A model generated the notes under the pieces. That model did not search any database. It worked only from the letters and a program-made list of their open reading frames with translations, and was not told where the DNA came from. The translations under genes and the position numbers were made by a program. DNA of 63,081 bases, filler included, from Octopus bimaculoides (taxonomy: Eukaryota), in the NCBI RefSeq assembly GCF_001194135.2. It is 8 parts of 7 records of this genome, joined end to end, with 100 filler letters (N's around TTAATTAATTAA, not from the genome) between each part and the next. Parts side by side here need not be neighbours in the genome. Positions count along the whole stretch, not along the records: positions 1 to 10,336 come from NC_068996.1; positions 10,437 to 23,367 come from NC_069000.1; 6 more parts are not named here. One strand, written 5' to 3'. This document shows, piece by piece, positions 1 to 12,726 of this stretch. Numbering within the stretch: position 1 is the stretch's first letter; the number at the start of each line of letters is the position of its first letter.

Positions 1-55
1 ACCCATGCTAGTATGGAAAGCGGACGTTAATGAATGATGATGATGATGATGATGA

Positions 56-830
56 TCCTGAGCATTTTTGTCAACCAATTCCTTTGTTTGATTTTGAATT
101 GAATTGAACATGTCATTCCACCATTAAAAATTGTTTTTTTTACTTTCAATGGTTTCCACTTAACTGACACTTTTTGTTTCATCTTTTGGCAATGTACCTT
201 AAAAGCTCTTCTCTACTAGTGACCAAATACAAATGTAAAGACTTGTCTTCACCAGACATACAATCTTACACACTAACAACTCCTCATCCTATTATGTTCT
301 GCAGTGTATATTGCCTTGTAACATTTTCCTTTGGGTGAAATGCACTATTGTCAAGCATTTTCTTTTGCATTAACCTATCCAACTTCTCTATCTGTTCTTT
401 GGTCCAGTTCAAAATAGCAGCAATATCATAACTGTTCTTCCAGTTCATTATCATTTTCAGTAGCTGTTCTAACCCATTTAGGTAGACTTCCTTCATATTT
501 CCTTTCATTTTCTCATTTAGAACTTTGTCCAACTCTAAAATGTCCAGATTTGCACCCATTATCCTCAGGGTCATCGATTGACTCTCCATCAGGCAACTCA
601 ATCCCATTACCATGTACAAGCTTACTTCTCTTCGTAATTAGGGTGGCACACTTTGCAATACAAAACTCCATCCCAATATCTTTACAGTACCAGTGAACAG
701 TTCTGACCAGTGAATCATCTTGTGATTTATTCTTGCCAAAGAACTTCAAGATCATTCACAAGAAGTAGATGATCGATCTTAAGTTCTCTATTTTCGATCT
801 GTTAGCCAGTATCTGTCTTCCTTAAGATCA
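56..830 (-). mobile_element. R4/Dong-like (REL-type) LINE, RT C-terminal relic
   Basis: RTVHWYCKDIGMEFCIAKCA...GIELPDGESI; NWTKEQIEKLDR...AFHPKENVTRQY. Confidence 0.8.
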
Positions 831-1053
831 TCGATAATGAAACGATGGCAATCACAAAGAGAAATGGTGAGAATGAATCTCCTTGGAATATTACTCTTTC
901 TATATTCACCACATCTAGGTGTTTATTTCCTGCATACTGGTTTGTCTTCCAAAAAATGCTTAAACTCCATTATTATCATTATTGTTGTTGTTGTTGTTGT
1001 TCTTCTTCTTCTTCTTCTTCTTCTTCTTCTTCTTTTTATTATTATTATTATCT

Positions 1054-1260
1054 AAGGTGGTGAGCTGGCAGAATTGTTAGCACACTGGATGAAATGCTTA
1101 GCAGTATTTCACCTGTTGCTGCGTTCTGAGTTCAAATTCTGCTGAGGTTTGCCTTTCATCCTTTCGGGTTCAATAAATTAAGTACCAATTGAACACTGGG
1201 GTCACTGTAATTGAGTCAACCCCTTTCCCAAAATTGCTGCCTTTGTGGCAAAATTTGAAA
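1054..1260 (+). mobile_element. tRNA-derived SINE, family B (OK-like); copies at about 1333, 2360, 27390(-), 29600(-), 34500(-), 35410(-), 36850(-), 48150(-)
   Basis: aaggtggtgagctggcagaa...gttctgagttcaaattc...ctttgcctttcatcc...aagtacca recurring. Confidence 0.85.
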
Positions 1261-1275
1261 CCATTATTATTGTTG

Positions 1276-1315
<40 letters not shown>

Positions 1316-1514
1316 CATCATTATTATTATTTAAGGTAGCAAGTTGGCAGAATTGTTACCATGCCAGACAAAATGCTTAGCAGCATTTCGTTTGTCCTTA
1401 GGTTCTGAGTTTAAATTCTGCTGAGATCAACCTCACCTTTCACTGTTTCAAGGTTGATAAAATAAGTACCAGTTGAGCACTGGGGTCAATGAAATTGACT
1501 TACCTCTCTCCTGA

Positions 1515-2330
1515 ACTTTTCCTTTATCTTGGTGTTCATCATCTGGCCTAATTGTAAAATACAAAAATACTTGTAACCCTCTCTGTTAACTTCTCTTATA
1601 CACTCATCAGCTGGAAGTTGTACGCCACTGCTGTATATTTTTCATCCTCTGTTCAGTTCAGTAATGGAGCTTTTCTCTGGACCAAATGCCATCTGGATGT
1701 CTTGGAAGAAAATTTGTATGGCCTTTGCTAGTTCTGTGAAGCTTCAAATCTTCCATAAACAGCAGGTGTTAATTGATCTCATGTTCTTCTGTAGTTTGTA
1801 ACCAACTCCCATCTTCAAAACCAGAGATAGTAGTAACATGCTAGCAATAAACGGTTGGGGTGATGCAGAGTCTTCTTGAAAGATTCCCCTCTTCATGTTG
1901 ACTTGTCCAATTTCCTTTCCAGTTGCTATCAAAAATGTCTTCCAGTTCCTCATTATTTCTGATTACATATATCATTTTTCTTTCTTTTTTTTTTAGCTGC
2001 CTTGACCATCTTCATGCATTTTATTATCCATGAGTGAGTAACCCTATTACATACCTTCTAATAGTCAATCCAAGCTTATCAACCTTCTCAAAAACTGATT
2101 CTTTGCTCCTCGTGATCTGTTCCTGCAGCTCTTCAGTTCATCTGCTAGGAATCCATTTCTTTCAAAGTGGCCATATAATTTCTTTCTATTATTCCTGTTA
2201 GAAGTTACTACATCATAGGAAAGCAAACAATTGGACAGCAGTTACTGACTTTAACATCATTGACTGGGTCTTTCTGGATGAACATGGTTCTTCCTTTGAC
2301 CATTCACTTGGGTAGTATTCCTTAGTGTAT
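1515..2330 (-). mobile_element. R4/Dong-like LINE RT relic
   Basis: GQVNMKRGIFQEDSASPQPF...INTCCLWKI...FQDIQMAFGPEK...EGYKYF (decayed RT domains). Confidence 0.75.
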
Positions 2331-2599
2331 CATATTATCATTATTAATATTATTATTATTAAGGTGGTGAGTTGGCAGAATCAATAGCATGCTGGGTGAA
2401 ATGCTTAGCAGTATTTCATCTGTTGCTATGTTCTTAATTCAAATTCTGCCGCGGTCGACTTTGCCTTTCATCCTTTTGGTTAGAACTGTTCACTGGGGTT
2501 GATGTGATCGATTGTCCCCCTCCCTACAAAAATCCATGCCTTGTGCCTATAGTAGAAAGTATCATCATCATCATCATCATCATCATCACAACAAGATTC

Positions 2600-3040
2600 T
2601 TTTCTTTTATCCTTTTCCTGACTTCATTTCCTGAATCATTTCTCTATGTTCTTGATCCAATATCTAATAGCTATTATTCCTAAATCATCTGGAATATTTG
2701 TGTAGAGACTTACAACATCAAAACTAACCAAGGGCGAATTCAGTTCTGTTGTTTTGGGTAATCGATGTTATCCCGAATGAAACTTGGTATGTGGGTACAT
2801 AGTTTCAAAATGTTGTCAACAAAATTACTTGGACAATGGGTAAGACATGCAGGACCAGTTACAGTGGGTCTAAATTTTAGATCTTTTGTTTGTAGCAATT
2901 TTATGTATTCACGACCTTGTTACTTAACTGCATTTTGTATTTCCTTTGACATGTATTTTTAGTAAGCCATAAAAGTTGCAGGGTTTTGGTTCAGAATTAG
3001 TAATGTCATCACTTTCATTAGTGGCAAAGCAGTTTGGAAC
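2600..3040 (-). mobile_element. Penelope-like element reverse transcriptase relic
   Basis: Frameshifted translation NFYGLLKIH...DLKFRPTVTGPACLTH..SNFVDNILK..HIPSFIRDNIDY...LVSFDVVSLYTNIPDDLG, diagnostic PLE RT motifs. Confidence 0.85.
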
Positions 3041-3619
3041 TCTGATGTTTGTCAGATCCCATTATTGGCAATCTCCCTATTCTTATAAACACATTATCCC
3101 ACTAGTTACCAATACCACTCTGAAACCACTTGGCCTTTGGATACCAGTTAATGTGAGATAGATAACAATTTCAGCCTCTCAATAAGTATTATTCACCAAA
3201 GGATGAAAACGCAGAAAAACTATGCTTATCTACCCTGGTAATCTGAACACTGGCATTAATACTTTCTATAGGCTATTGGTTATTTCATTAACTGTACATA
3301 CAAAAAATACACATCTACTATGTCTGTATTTATATACATACTCATGACTCTATAAGTGCTACAAGTATATTGGCTAGACCTAGTGAACCCCACCACAGAA
3401 TCTGTGACTCTTCACCAAGTGGAGTCATATCGCTAACCACTTTTAGGCACTGAATTTATTAATATCAATTTAATTTACTGTGAGAGCATATGTAAACCAA
3501 ACCATGTGTGTGTTTATGCTTATATCTTTGTGTAAGTTTGTATGAGTAAGTGTGTATGCAACAACGTAAGTGTGGGCATTTGTACATCCATATCTATTAA
3601 CCATTTATATAATTTTTTT

Positions 3620-3825
3620 TAGTGCATTTCACCCAAAGGAAAATGTTACAAGGCAATATACACTGCAGAACATAATAGGATGAGGAGTTGTTAGTGTGTA
3701 AGATTGTATGCCTGGTGAAGACAAGTCTTTACATTTGTATTTGGTCACTAGTAGAGAAGAGCTTTTAAGGTACATTGCCAAAAGATGAAACAAAAAGTGT
3801 CGGTTAAGTGGAAACCATTGAAAGT
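3620..3825 (+). repeat. Inverted duplicate of 142-347 (piece of the Dong-like LINE)
   Basis: 206-bp reverse complement with two mismatches seen by eye. Confidence 0.9.
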
Positions 3826-3964
3826 TTATGTATTCATGACCTTGTTACTTATTTGTTTCTTTTTGTATCTGATATTTGTTATTGATCTTCTATAATAATG
3901 AAGTTGTATCCCTTAATTTGCTGCTTTTGTATGCACATACCAAGAAGAAATCTTGTGGAATAGA

Positions 3965-4140
3965 TGTTATTTAATGAGATACATCTTGTCACCTCAGGCG
4001 ACACATCTACACTGATAGATACACCTTAGCCAAATGTTCAGTATCCCACCCATGAGGAATAGATGCTAGATGAGTCAAAACAATTGTAGTGATCAATAAA
4101 CAATCTTGTATCTTCCATCTTCTGTCTCTCTCATTAATCA
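3965..4140 (+). mobile_element. LTR-like dispersed repeat (TG...AATAAA...CA); related copy at about 12566-12660
   Basis: Shared agtatcccacccatgagg...gtagtgatcaataaa...tatcttccatct...ctctcattaat, both followed by (TA)n. Confidence 0.4.
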
Positions 4141-4141
4141 A

Positions 4142-4180
<39 letters not shown>

Positions 4181-4254
4181 NNNNNNNNNNNNNNNNNNNN
4201 NNNNNNNNNNNNNNNNNNNNNNNNNNNNNNNNNNNNNNNNNATATATACATTTT

Positions 4255-4680
4255 AATTCTTTAAATTGTTTCAACTTTAAAGCTGCAGTCATGCTGAGGC
4301 ACCACCGTTGACTGTGCTACACCATTATTTGAAACCTTCTCTGATATAGAACATTTAGTGAGTGAGGAAGTTCGATGCTGCTGCCCTCATCTGTTTCCTG
4401 CCATGAGGTATGGCCATCTGGAACCCTTGACAGGAAGAGATCCAGTTTTGTTTTGAAGACACCTACACCTTTGCAGGTCTCTCAGGCATTTTGGAAGGAT
4501 ATTGAAGGGTTGTGGGCCCTTGAAACTGAAGGTGTTGCAGTATCTGGTCCTATATTTTGATGATGATGCAGGGAACTTTGGCACTATGCAGTGGCACCCC
4601 ATCCTGCTGGTTGTGTAACTTTTAATGCCAATGTTTGGTACAAGGCCTTCCAGGATTTTTCAGACATATACAACTGCATA
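4255..4680 (-). mobile_element. CR1/Jockey-like LINE 3' end
   Basis: HCIVPKFPASSSKYRTRYCNTFSFKGPQPFNILPKCLRDL, then VFKTKLDLFLSRVPD after a frameshift. Confidence 0.75.
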
Positions 4681-4691
4681 TCTTTCCCACC

Positions 4692-4730
<39 letters not shown>

Positions 4731-4789
4731 GGGCAAAGTTCAGAGAGCTCCTACCTCTGCTGGTAACAAAGAGCTTCTAACTCAGAGTG

Positions 4790-5600
4790 AAAAGTAGACT
4801 GCATGATACATGTGTGAACAGCCATGCTACACGGCAGTGAAACAGGAGCTGTGACTGCTGAGGACATGCGTAGGTTTCAAAGAAATGAAGCTAGTATCTG
4901 CTGGATGTGTAATGTCAGTGTGCATACACAACAGTGTAAGTGCCCTGAGAGAAAAGTTGGACATGGACGAGGGCAGCTGTATGAAGAAGTGTCACGTCCT
5001 AACAGTGGAGGGAACCTGCAGAAGAGGTGGACCCAGCAAGACATGGGATGAGGTGGCAAAGCAATACCTTTGAACATTGGGCCTCACAGAGGCAATGACA
5101 GGTGACCGAGACCTTTGGAGATATGCTCTGCTTGAGAAGACCCGGCAAGCCAAGTGAGATCATAGTTGTGGCCAGTGCCAGTATCATGTAACTGGCCCAT
5201 TTAAAAGTACCTTTCAATCATTGGGCAATATGCTGTGCTTGAGAAGACCTGTTGAGTCAAATAAAATTGTTATCGTGGCTGATGTCTGCGTCGCCTAACT
5301 GGCACCCATGCTGGTGGCACATAAAAAGCACCATTCGGGTGCCACTGATGCCAGCGCCGGTGGCAAGTAAAAAGCACCATTCAAGCAAGGTTGATGCCAG
5401 TACCACCTGACTGACCCCCGTGCTGGTGGCACGTAAAAAGCACTTTTGGAGTGTTTGGCATTAGCAAGGGCATCCAGCTGTAGAAACCTTGCCAGAACAG
5501 ATTGGAGCCTGGTGCAGCCTCCTGGCTTGCCAATCCTCAGTCAAACCATCCAACCCATGCCAGCATGGAAAGTGGATGTTTAACAATGATGATAATAATT
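4790..5600 (+). mobile_element. RTE-clade LINE 3' end
   Basis: MLHGSETGAVTAEDMRRF...WMCNVSVHT...CMKKCHVLTVEGTCRRGGPSKTWDEV; 3' UTR ending ccaacccatgccagcatggaaagtggatgtt+(GAT)n-like tail. Confidence 0.9.
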
Positions 5601-5859
5601 AAATATATATATATATANNNNNNNNNNNNNNNNNNNNNNNNNNNNNNNNNNNNNNNNNNNNNNNNNNNNNNNNNNNNNNNNNNNNNNNNNNNNNNNNNNN
5701 NNNNNNNNNNNNNNNNNNNNNNNNNNNNNNNNNNNNNNNNNNNNNNNNNNNNNNNNNNNNNNNNNNNNNNNNNNNNNNNNNNNNNNNNNNNNNNNNNATA
5801 TACATATATATACAAAGTTTTAAATTTTTACATTTAAGAAAGAGATTTGACGCCATATC

Positions 5860-8800
5860 AATGTTATTTAATCCAATGTTAACATTTCTGTATAAAGCTA
5901 TATTTGGCCGTCAAGTATAAGTCAAATATATCAGTTGCCATACACTTCATCAGGAATAACTTTTTAGAACAATGTTTTAGAACAAAAAAACAAATAATGA
6001 ATAAATCAAACAAAAAATCAAAAAATCAAAATTTGAAGATCCAAACCGTATTTCTAGCGTTAAACGGCTTAATAATATTTTTCTCTTCTTAAAACTAATT
6101 CCATTAAGGGGAGGTAACCCCTTGCCATATTATATGAATCTGTCACAATTTATTACTCAAATTTCTATTCCAATAGTAATTAAATTATTCTAGGCACATA
6201 AATTATATTATCCTAGGAGCTATTGTAAAGCCTACAATTACTATTGGTAAATTGTGCATTGATATGCCTGCCTTAAAATCTAATATTATACTACATAGTA
6301 CTATAAAATATGAATTATAAATAAATTATAAATAACCTTCAATTACAATACGAATTATTATCTCTAGGAGTTTTTTCCAAAACCCACAGGTGTTATATTT
6401 AAGTTACATATTAATATATTAATATGGCCTGCTTTAGGACCTAATATTATATTCTATGCACTCTAGGTTATAAATTATAAATTATAAACAATTTTCATTA
6501 GAANNNNNNNNNNNNNNNNNNNNNNNNNNNNNNNNNNNNNNNNNNNNNNNNNNNNNNNNNNNNNNNNNNNNNNNNNNNNNNNNNNNNNNNNNNNNNNNNN
6601 NNNNNNNNNNNNNNNNNNNNNNNNNNNNNNNNNNNNNNNNNNNNNNNNNNNNNNNNNNNNNNNNNNNNNNNNNNNNNNNNNNNNNNNNNNNNNNNNNNNN
6701 NNNNNNNNNNNNNNNNNNNNNNNNNNNNNNNNNNNNNNNNNNNNNNNNNNNNNNNNNNNNNNNNNNNNNNNNNNNNNNNNNNNNNNNNNNNNNNNNNNNN
6801 NNNNNNNNNNNNNNNNNNNNNNNNNNNNNNNNNNNNNNNNNNNNNNNNNNNNNNNNNNNNNNNNNNNNNNNNNNNNNNNNNNNNNNNNNNNNNNNNNNNN
6901 NNNNNNNNNNNNNNNNNNNNNNNNNNNNNNNNNNNNNNNNNNNNNNNNNNNNNNNNNNNNNNNNNNNNNNNNNNNNNNNNNNNNNNNNNNNNNNNNNNNN
7001 NNNNNNNNNNNNNNNNNNNNNNNNNNNNNNNNNNNNNNNNNNNNNNNNNNNNNNNNNNNNNNNNNNNNNNNNNNNNNNNNNNNNNNNNNNNNNNNNNNNN
7101 NNNNNNNNNNNNNNNNNNNNNNNNNNNNNNNNNNNNNNNNNNNNNNNNNNNNNNNNNNNNNNNNNNNNNNNNNNNNNNNNNNNNNNNNNNNNNNNNNNNN
7201 NNNNNNNNNNNNNNNNNNNNNNNNNNNNNNNNNNNNNNNNNNNNNNNNNNNNNNNNNNNNNNNNNNNNNNNNNNNNNNNNNNNNNNNNNNNNNNNNNNNN
7301 NNNNNNNNNNNNNNNNNNNNNNNNNNNNNNNNNNNNNNNNNNNNNNNNNNNNNNNNNNNNNNNNNNNNNNNNNNNNNNNNNNNNNNNNNNNNNNNNNNNN
7401 NNNNNNNNNNGGTGTGTTTATGTCCCCATAACTTAGCAGGTCGGCAAAAGAGACCGATAGAATAAGTAGTAGGCTTCCAAAGAATAAGTCCTGGGGTCGA
7501 TTTGTTCGACTAAAGGCGGTGCTCCAGCATGGCCGCAGTCAAATGACTGAAACAAGTAAAAGAGTGAAAGAGTATAAGCTTAAATGCATATGTATAATGA
7601 ATATAAATAATTGTGGGCAAAAGACGTACTAAAATATTTATGTGAAATTAATATATAAAGTATATAGTAACCTAGAACATATAAGGACTTAGGAGTATAT
7701 AAATTTAATGCTAAAAATTAAGCATTATATATTATATATAGTCACGCTTAGAAAGTGTTTACTGGAGATAGAATCAAATATTAAGCCAATTCGGTGATGA
7801 GTAAGCAAACAAATAAATGAGTAAAAATATACTTAATATATGTACATAGTTGTAATATAGGAGAGACTAACACCCCTGAAATTTATACTGAATTGATCAA
7901 ATGAGAATTGAAAACATAAACAAAAATCCATTAGTTAAAATTTTCAAATAACAGGATTCTATGAAATGAGTTGAGGTAAAGGAAATAGATCGATCTCGAA
8001 TGGGGGGTGGGGGAAGTGAGATGAGATTGGTGAAGAGGAAAAGAATATAGGTGAAAATTATAAAATAAGGAGGGAGTGCAACAAAGTTTTCAAATAAAGG
8101 TATAAAAAGGGTCAATATATCAGAATTTACAAATAATTGCTTTTGACAAGGTTGGCTTCGATACTGGAAATAAGAATTTAGTTTCAAGAGAAAAATAAAT
8201 AATAAGAAGGATGCAAAGAGAAGAATAACGTAGGAGGAAAGCTTTATAATATAAAGTGGAAGTTCGTGAATGAAAAATGATATACTTAAATTATAGTTTG
8301 TGGGATAAAATGCCATATTTACTATTGAACTATTGTTTGGTATTAATATAAAAAGGTTGATAATAAACTTATTAACAAGAAGTAATTTCGGTTTATATGT
8401 ATTGTTCAATATATGGAAATAATTTTCGGTCAAAGGGAGGTAAGTAAAGGTGGTAATGTAGAAGAATTAAATTAAAATGGATTAGACATGGAAAAGTATA
8501 GATTATCAAATAAATCAGAGATAATAACAGGAGTTGAGGAATAAGATGGTGATATATTAATAAAAAAAAGTGACTAAGTGAATAAGATTAATATCTATAT
8601 AAGATTAATATTTATATGTATATATTTTAGCTTAATAAGTAAATAGATGGATAAATAAATAACTAATAAATAGTAAATACATAAATAAGTAAATCAAGAT
8701 AATAAAGTGGCTAGATAATATTAATTTTAGTGGCTGCCCTAGCAATTGGTATGCTAGTCAATGATCTAACTTTAAAGTGAACATATTATAGAGAATTATA

Positions 8801-9110
8801 TGTCCTGGTGTACATTGTAGATTTAAGATAGATAATTCAGTTAATTGGGGTAATTTAATTTAATTTAATTGTGATGTGATGTGAAATTATGCTCTGTGGT
8901 AAGGGGGAGGGTTAGGGGAGGTAATGAAATGTTTGGCAGGTCAGCTAATAACCTGTAATGTAGGTATTAGTGGTATTTAGAGAAGAAGAATTTATCTTTA
9001 TGTAAACATGTATTTTTCTCATCTCGTTGATTTGGCCACAAAAATGAAGAATTTCTCATTTATGCTTAAATTGCAGCAATTATTTTTAAGGTTATATGAC
9101 CACACTTGAA
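5860..9110 (-). mobile_element. Probable decayed Penelope-like element 3' portion (GIY-YIG C-terminus, long skewed UTR, terminal HHR)
   Basis: About 9000-9110 translates WSYNLKNNCCNLSINEKFFIF (compare PLE CNLCLNEKFFI); minus strand is pyrimidine-rich over 7900-8960; HHR motif at the far end; interrupted by a gap and a SINE. Confidence 0.45.
5867..5957 (-). ncRNA. Hammerhead ribozyme-like motif, near intact
   Basis: ATTC-CTGATGA-AG-TGTATGG...TTATACA-GAAA-TGTTAACAT-T-GGAT: palindromic stem III ATGTTAACAT, 4-bp stem I, 7-bp stem II; C11.1 appears lost. Confidence 0.55.
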
Positions 9111-9119
9111 TGGTGATTT

Positions 9120-9690
9120 TTATGTGAGACAAGCACAGGACTAATCAGGTGGCACTGGCATTGACCATGCTCAAATAGTGATTTTTACATGCCACTGGAA
9201 TGGGTGCTCATCAGGTGGTACTGACATTGGCCATAACAATGACTTCACTAGATTCAACAGGTCTTCGCAAGAGCAGTTTATTGCCCAATGATTGAAGGAT
9301 ACTCTTAAATGGGCCAGTTATGCTGCACTGGCATAGACCATGGTTACAGTCTCACTTGCTATCCTCAACCATAGCATATCTCCAAAGTTCTCTGTTGCTT
9401 GTCATTGCCTCCGTGAGGCACAACGTTCGTAGGTCGCGCTTTACCACCTCATCCCAGGTTTGCCTGTGTCTACCTCTTCCACTACTACTAGAGTGTGACA
9501 CATTTTCACACAGCCGTTCCCATCCAAACGAAAAACATGACCATACCAGCTAAGTCGTCTCCCTTGCACACCACACCTGAGGCTTCTTATGTACAAATTT
9601 TCTCTCAGGGTGCATACACTCTGTAGTGTATACAAACTGACATTACACATCAATGAGCATGCTGGCTTCATTTCCTGCAAATTAACTCAT
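9120..9690 (-). mobile_element. RTE-clade LINE 3' fragment
   Basis: [40 protein letters not shown] plus UTR homologous to 5080-5350. Confidence 0.85.
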
Positions 9691-9698
9691 GTTCTCAG

Positions 9699-9807
<109 letters not shown>

Positions 9808-9989
9808 CACACTTATATGTACAAATGCATATACATATATATAAACATATATACATAAATCCATGTATATACATATACACATATATATACATACATATAT
9901 ATATTTACATACATATACATACATACATGTATACATACATATATATATACATACATACAGACACACATATATATATATATTTTTGTACA

Positions 9990-10336
9990 TATATTTATTG
10001 ATGCAACCGATCTTATGGTCTGCAATACCAACTTCAGGAAACCTGCCTGTCACCTAGTCACCTACCAATCCGGCAGACACTCTAGTCAAATCAACTACAT
10101 CTTCGCCAGAAATAGGGAAAGAGGGCGGCTTATAAATGCTAAAACCTTCCCTGGCAAAGAATGTACCCCTCAACACAGATTAGTAGTTAGCGACTTCGGG
10201 ATCAAGGCAAAATGGGTGCCCAGAAGTAGACCTGCTTGGAGGAGAAGGGTATGGAAGCTTAAAGACCCTGCAAATGGACAGAGACTTAGAGACATGTTAC
10301 TCGAAGCAATTGACGAAATAGAAGGGGATATAGCAT
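9990..10336 (+). mobile_element. RTE LINE AP-endonuclease fragment
   Basis: CNTNFRKPACHLVTYQSGRHSSQINYIF...KTFPGKECTPQHRLVVSDF...RVWKLKDP. Confidence 0.88.
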
Positions 10337-10436
10337 NNNNNNNNNNNNNNNNNNNNNNNNNNNNNNNNNNNNNNNNNNNNTTAATTAATTAANNNNNNNN
10401 NNNNNNNNNNNNNNNNNNNNNNNNNNNNNNNNNNNN
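10337..10436. other. Assembly join marker N...TTAATTAATTAA...N; also at about 23368, 26795, 43597, 53348, 54623, 59455
   Basis: Identical 12-mer centred in 100-bp blocks of N; it contains stop codons in all six frames. Confidence 0.95.
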
Positions 10437-10940
10437 CCTAGCTCAAACAATATCAATTGCATATCTAATAATACAACCAGCAATATTGATGTAACTAATT
10501 TAGATACTTGTATCAATAATCAACATAGCAATATATATATAGCTAATAAGCCCCTTAATTGCAATTATAGAATTAAAGCCCACTGTCCGGTATCTGGCCG
10601 TTGTTTAACCCGTAATGTAGTCTATAAATGTACAGTAACTACTCCAACTAATAATTACATTTATGTTGGTTGCACAATCAACCTTAAACAATGATTATAT
10701 AACCATTTTTCTTCATTTAGACTTAAACATAAAGCCAATAGCACATCATTATCTAATAAAATTTGGGAATTGAAGGAAAATGGTATTGGTCTTAATCTTA
10801 AATGGGAAATCATCAGGAGAGCACAACCTTATAGAAATAGTAGATATGGCTGTGGACTGTGCTCTATGGAAATTTACGAAATTTTTAAACTTAAGGATAA
10901 TCCTAATCTAATTAACAATAGATCTGACCTTAAAAAGTAA
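10437..10940 (+). mobile_element. Penelope-like element GIY-YIG endonuclease, one in-frame stop at 10692
   Basis: CNYRIKAHCPVSGRCLTRNVVYKCTVTTPTNNYIYVGCTINLKQ*LYNHFSSFR...STSLSNKIWELKE...KWEIIRRAQPY...CGLCSMEIYEI...NLINNRSDLKK*; followed by a pyrimidine-rich tail to about 11.6 kb. Confidence 0.88.
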
Positions 10941-12654
10941 ATATGTTTTAAAAAGTAAATCTTGCTAAATTTTTTAATTTAGTTTCTCTCATTTCCCTGA
11001 CTAATAACTATTTTATTTGAGCTATAACTTTTAATATATACTTAGAATACATTTTAACCTTTCCCAACCTACTGATAGTATACCTACATTTTCTCTAGGT
11101 TATTCTAAGTCTCTTCTATCTATCACTTTTTCGAAAACCTTAGCCTTAATTCTCTTAATTTAGTCCTGTTTTTCTAACTTTATTCCTCTTCCTTCTTCCC
11201 GCCTTTCTTCCTGTTTGGATTTTGGCCATTAATATTATAGTTTTTCTCATAAATAATACTACCCCACATTAATTTATATCTTATCTTAACTGGATATGTT
11301 TATCTTGTTCTAATTATTGTTGTTCCCTATAGTTTTAAACTTAGTAATTTAGTGTTTCATTGTATTATTCTATTTATACTGTAGAATAGATATATTTCTT
11401 TAATACCTTGACCTTAATTCACTTACCTTAAATTTTTTCCAAATTCTTACCACTCCTTAAGGTATTGCCCTTCCATTTCCTTTTTTTTTTTTTCATTCCC
11501 TCATGCTTGATTTACCCCTGACCTGCTATCCACCACTACTTAACCTACCTTCCTCTAAATTTGAAATTACTACTATCCCTCCAATTAGATTTTAAATTCT
11601 TGTTTGATTCACTTGTCTGTGAAACAGCAGCATAGTCGAGATGGTATGTTTTCTTCTCTTACTCTTGTTTTTTGCAAACATCTTCAAAATGACTTTCTAA
11701 AATGAAATTCCATTATGTAGCTGAGGAGTACATTTTCATTGTACATTCTGTGGTGTTCTCACTACGTGAATAAATGGAGCTTGTACGAAACGTACGTACT
11801 GCTATAACCTATTGAATTTTTGTTGCTTATCTTCAAAAAGTATATATATAAGATAGATAGATAGATAGATTCTGTCTGTCAGTTCTGATAGATGCACAAT
11901 AATTTAAGCAGTAGAATTTGTCTTTGCAAGATATTTAATCATTGAGAATGTACAATGAATCAAAATGTGGTTGCCGGTATGACTTGATATCTTAGTGAAT
12001 TAAATGGAAAGAATGCACTTCATATATGATAAAGGAAATGTGGAACATTTAGCATGAGTTATATGCTTCTACTTTTCTTCTCTCTTTTTTATGGTTTTAT
12101 AAGTTTTCCCTTTTCTCTCACCCTCTTTCTCTCTGGTCACATATATTTGATTTGGAGAGAGGTGTGGCATTGTTTGGATTTCCTCGATATGTTGTTTTGT
12201 TTGTTGCTTGTTATTTTGTGTCAGATGCAAAGTTGTTGCATAACAAAGAAAAAAATGTATATACTGTAGGACACTGATGAGATGAAGTGAATGACTGCTT
12301 AATGTTTCGAAGACTGTTATGCTATTATTTAAACATTTTGCTGAAATGTGTGTGTGTCCTATAAAACATTGAATACCACACCTGTTTTCTACTTATTATA
12401 ATTTTTTACTATATATATATATAGTTAGTTTTTAATAAATTGCATGGTATACACCTGGTAGTTTGCTGGTAAAGCACTTCACTGGCTTAGTGTTTTTTGA
12501 GTATGTAATGAGGAAGATGGAAGATAAGAGAATATTTATTTGATCACTATAATAATTTGAACCATTTAGTATCCCACCCATGAGGGATCGAAGTTAGATG
12601 GGTCAAAATGATTGTAGTGATCAATAAAGATTCTAGTATCTTCCATCTCTCTCA

Positions 12655-12726
<72 letters not shown>

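Noticed and set aside
7897-8433. 178-aa hydrophobic ORF; possible NUMT or membrane protein
   Set aside because: No mitochondrial gene motif recognised; T-rich strand skew lowers stop frequency; better explained as repeat UTR.
10381-10392. Recurrent TTAATTAATTAA palindrome (seven times)
   Set aside because: Always centred in 100-bp N blocks; an artificial six-frame-stop join marker, not biology.
12268-12320. CTGATGA motifs at about 12273 and about 46737 as hammerheads
   Set aside because: Stem II/GAAA/stem III cannot be built convincingly; at most heavily decayed relics.
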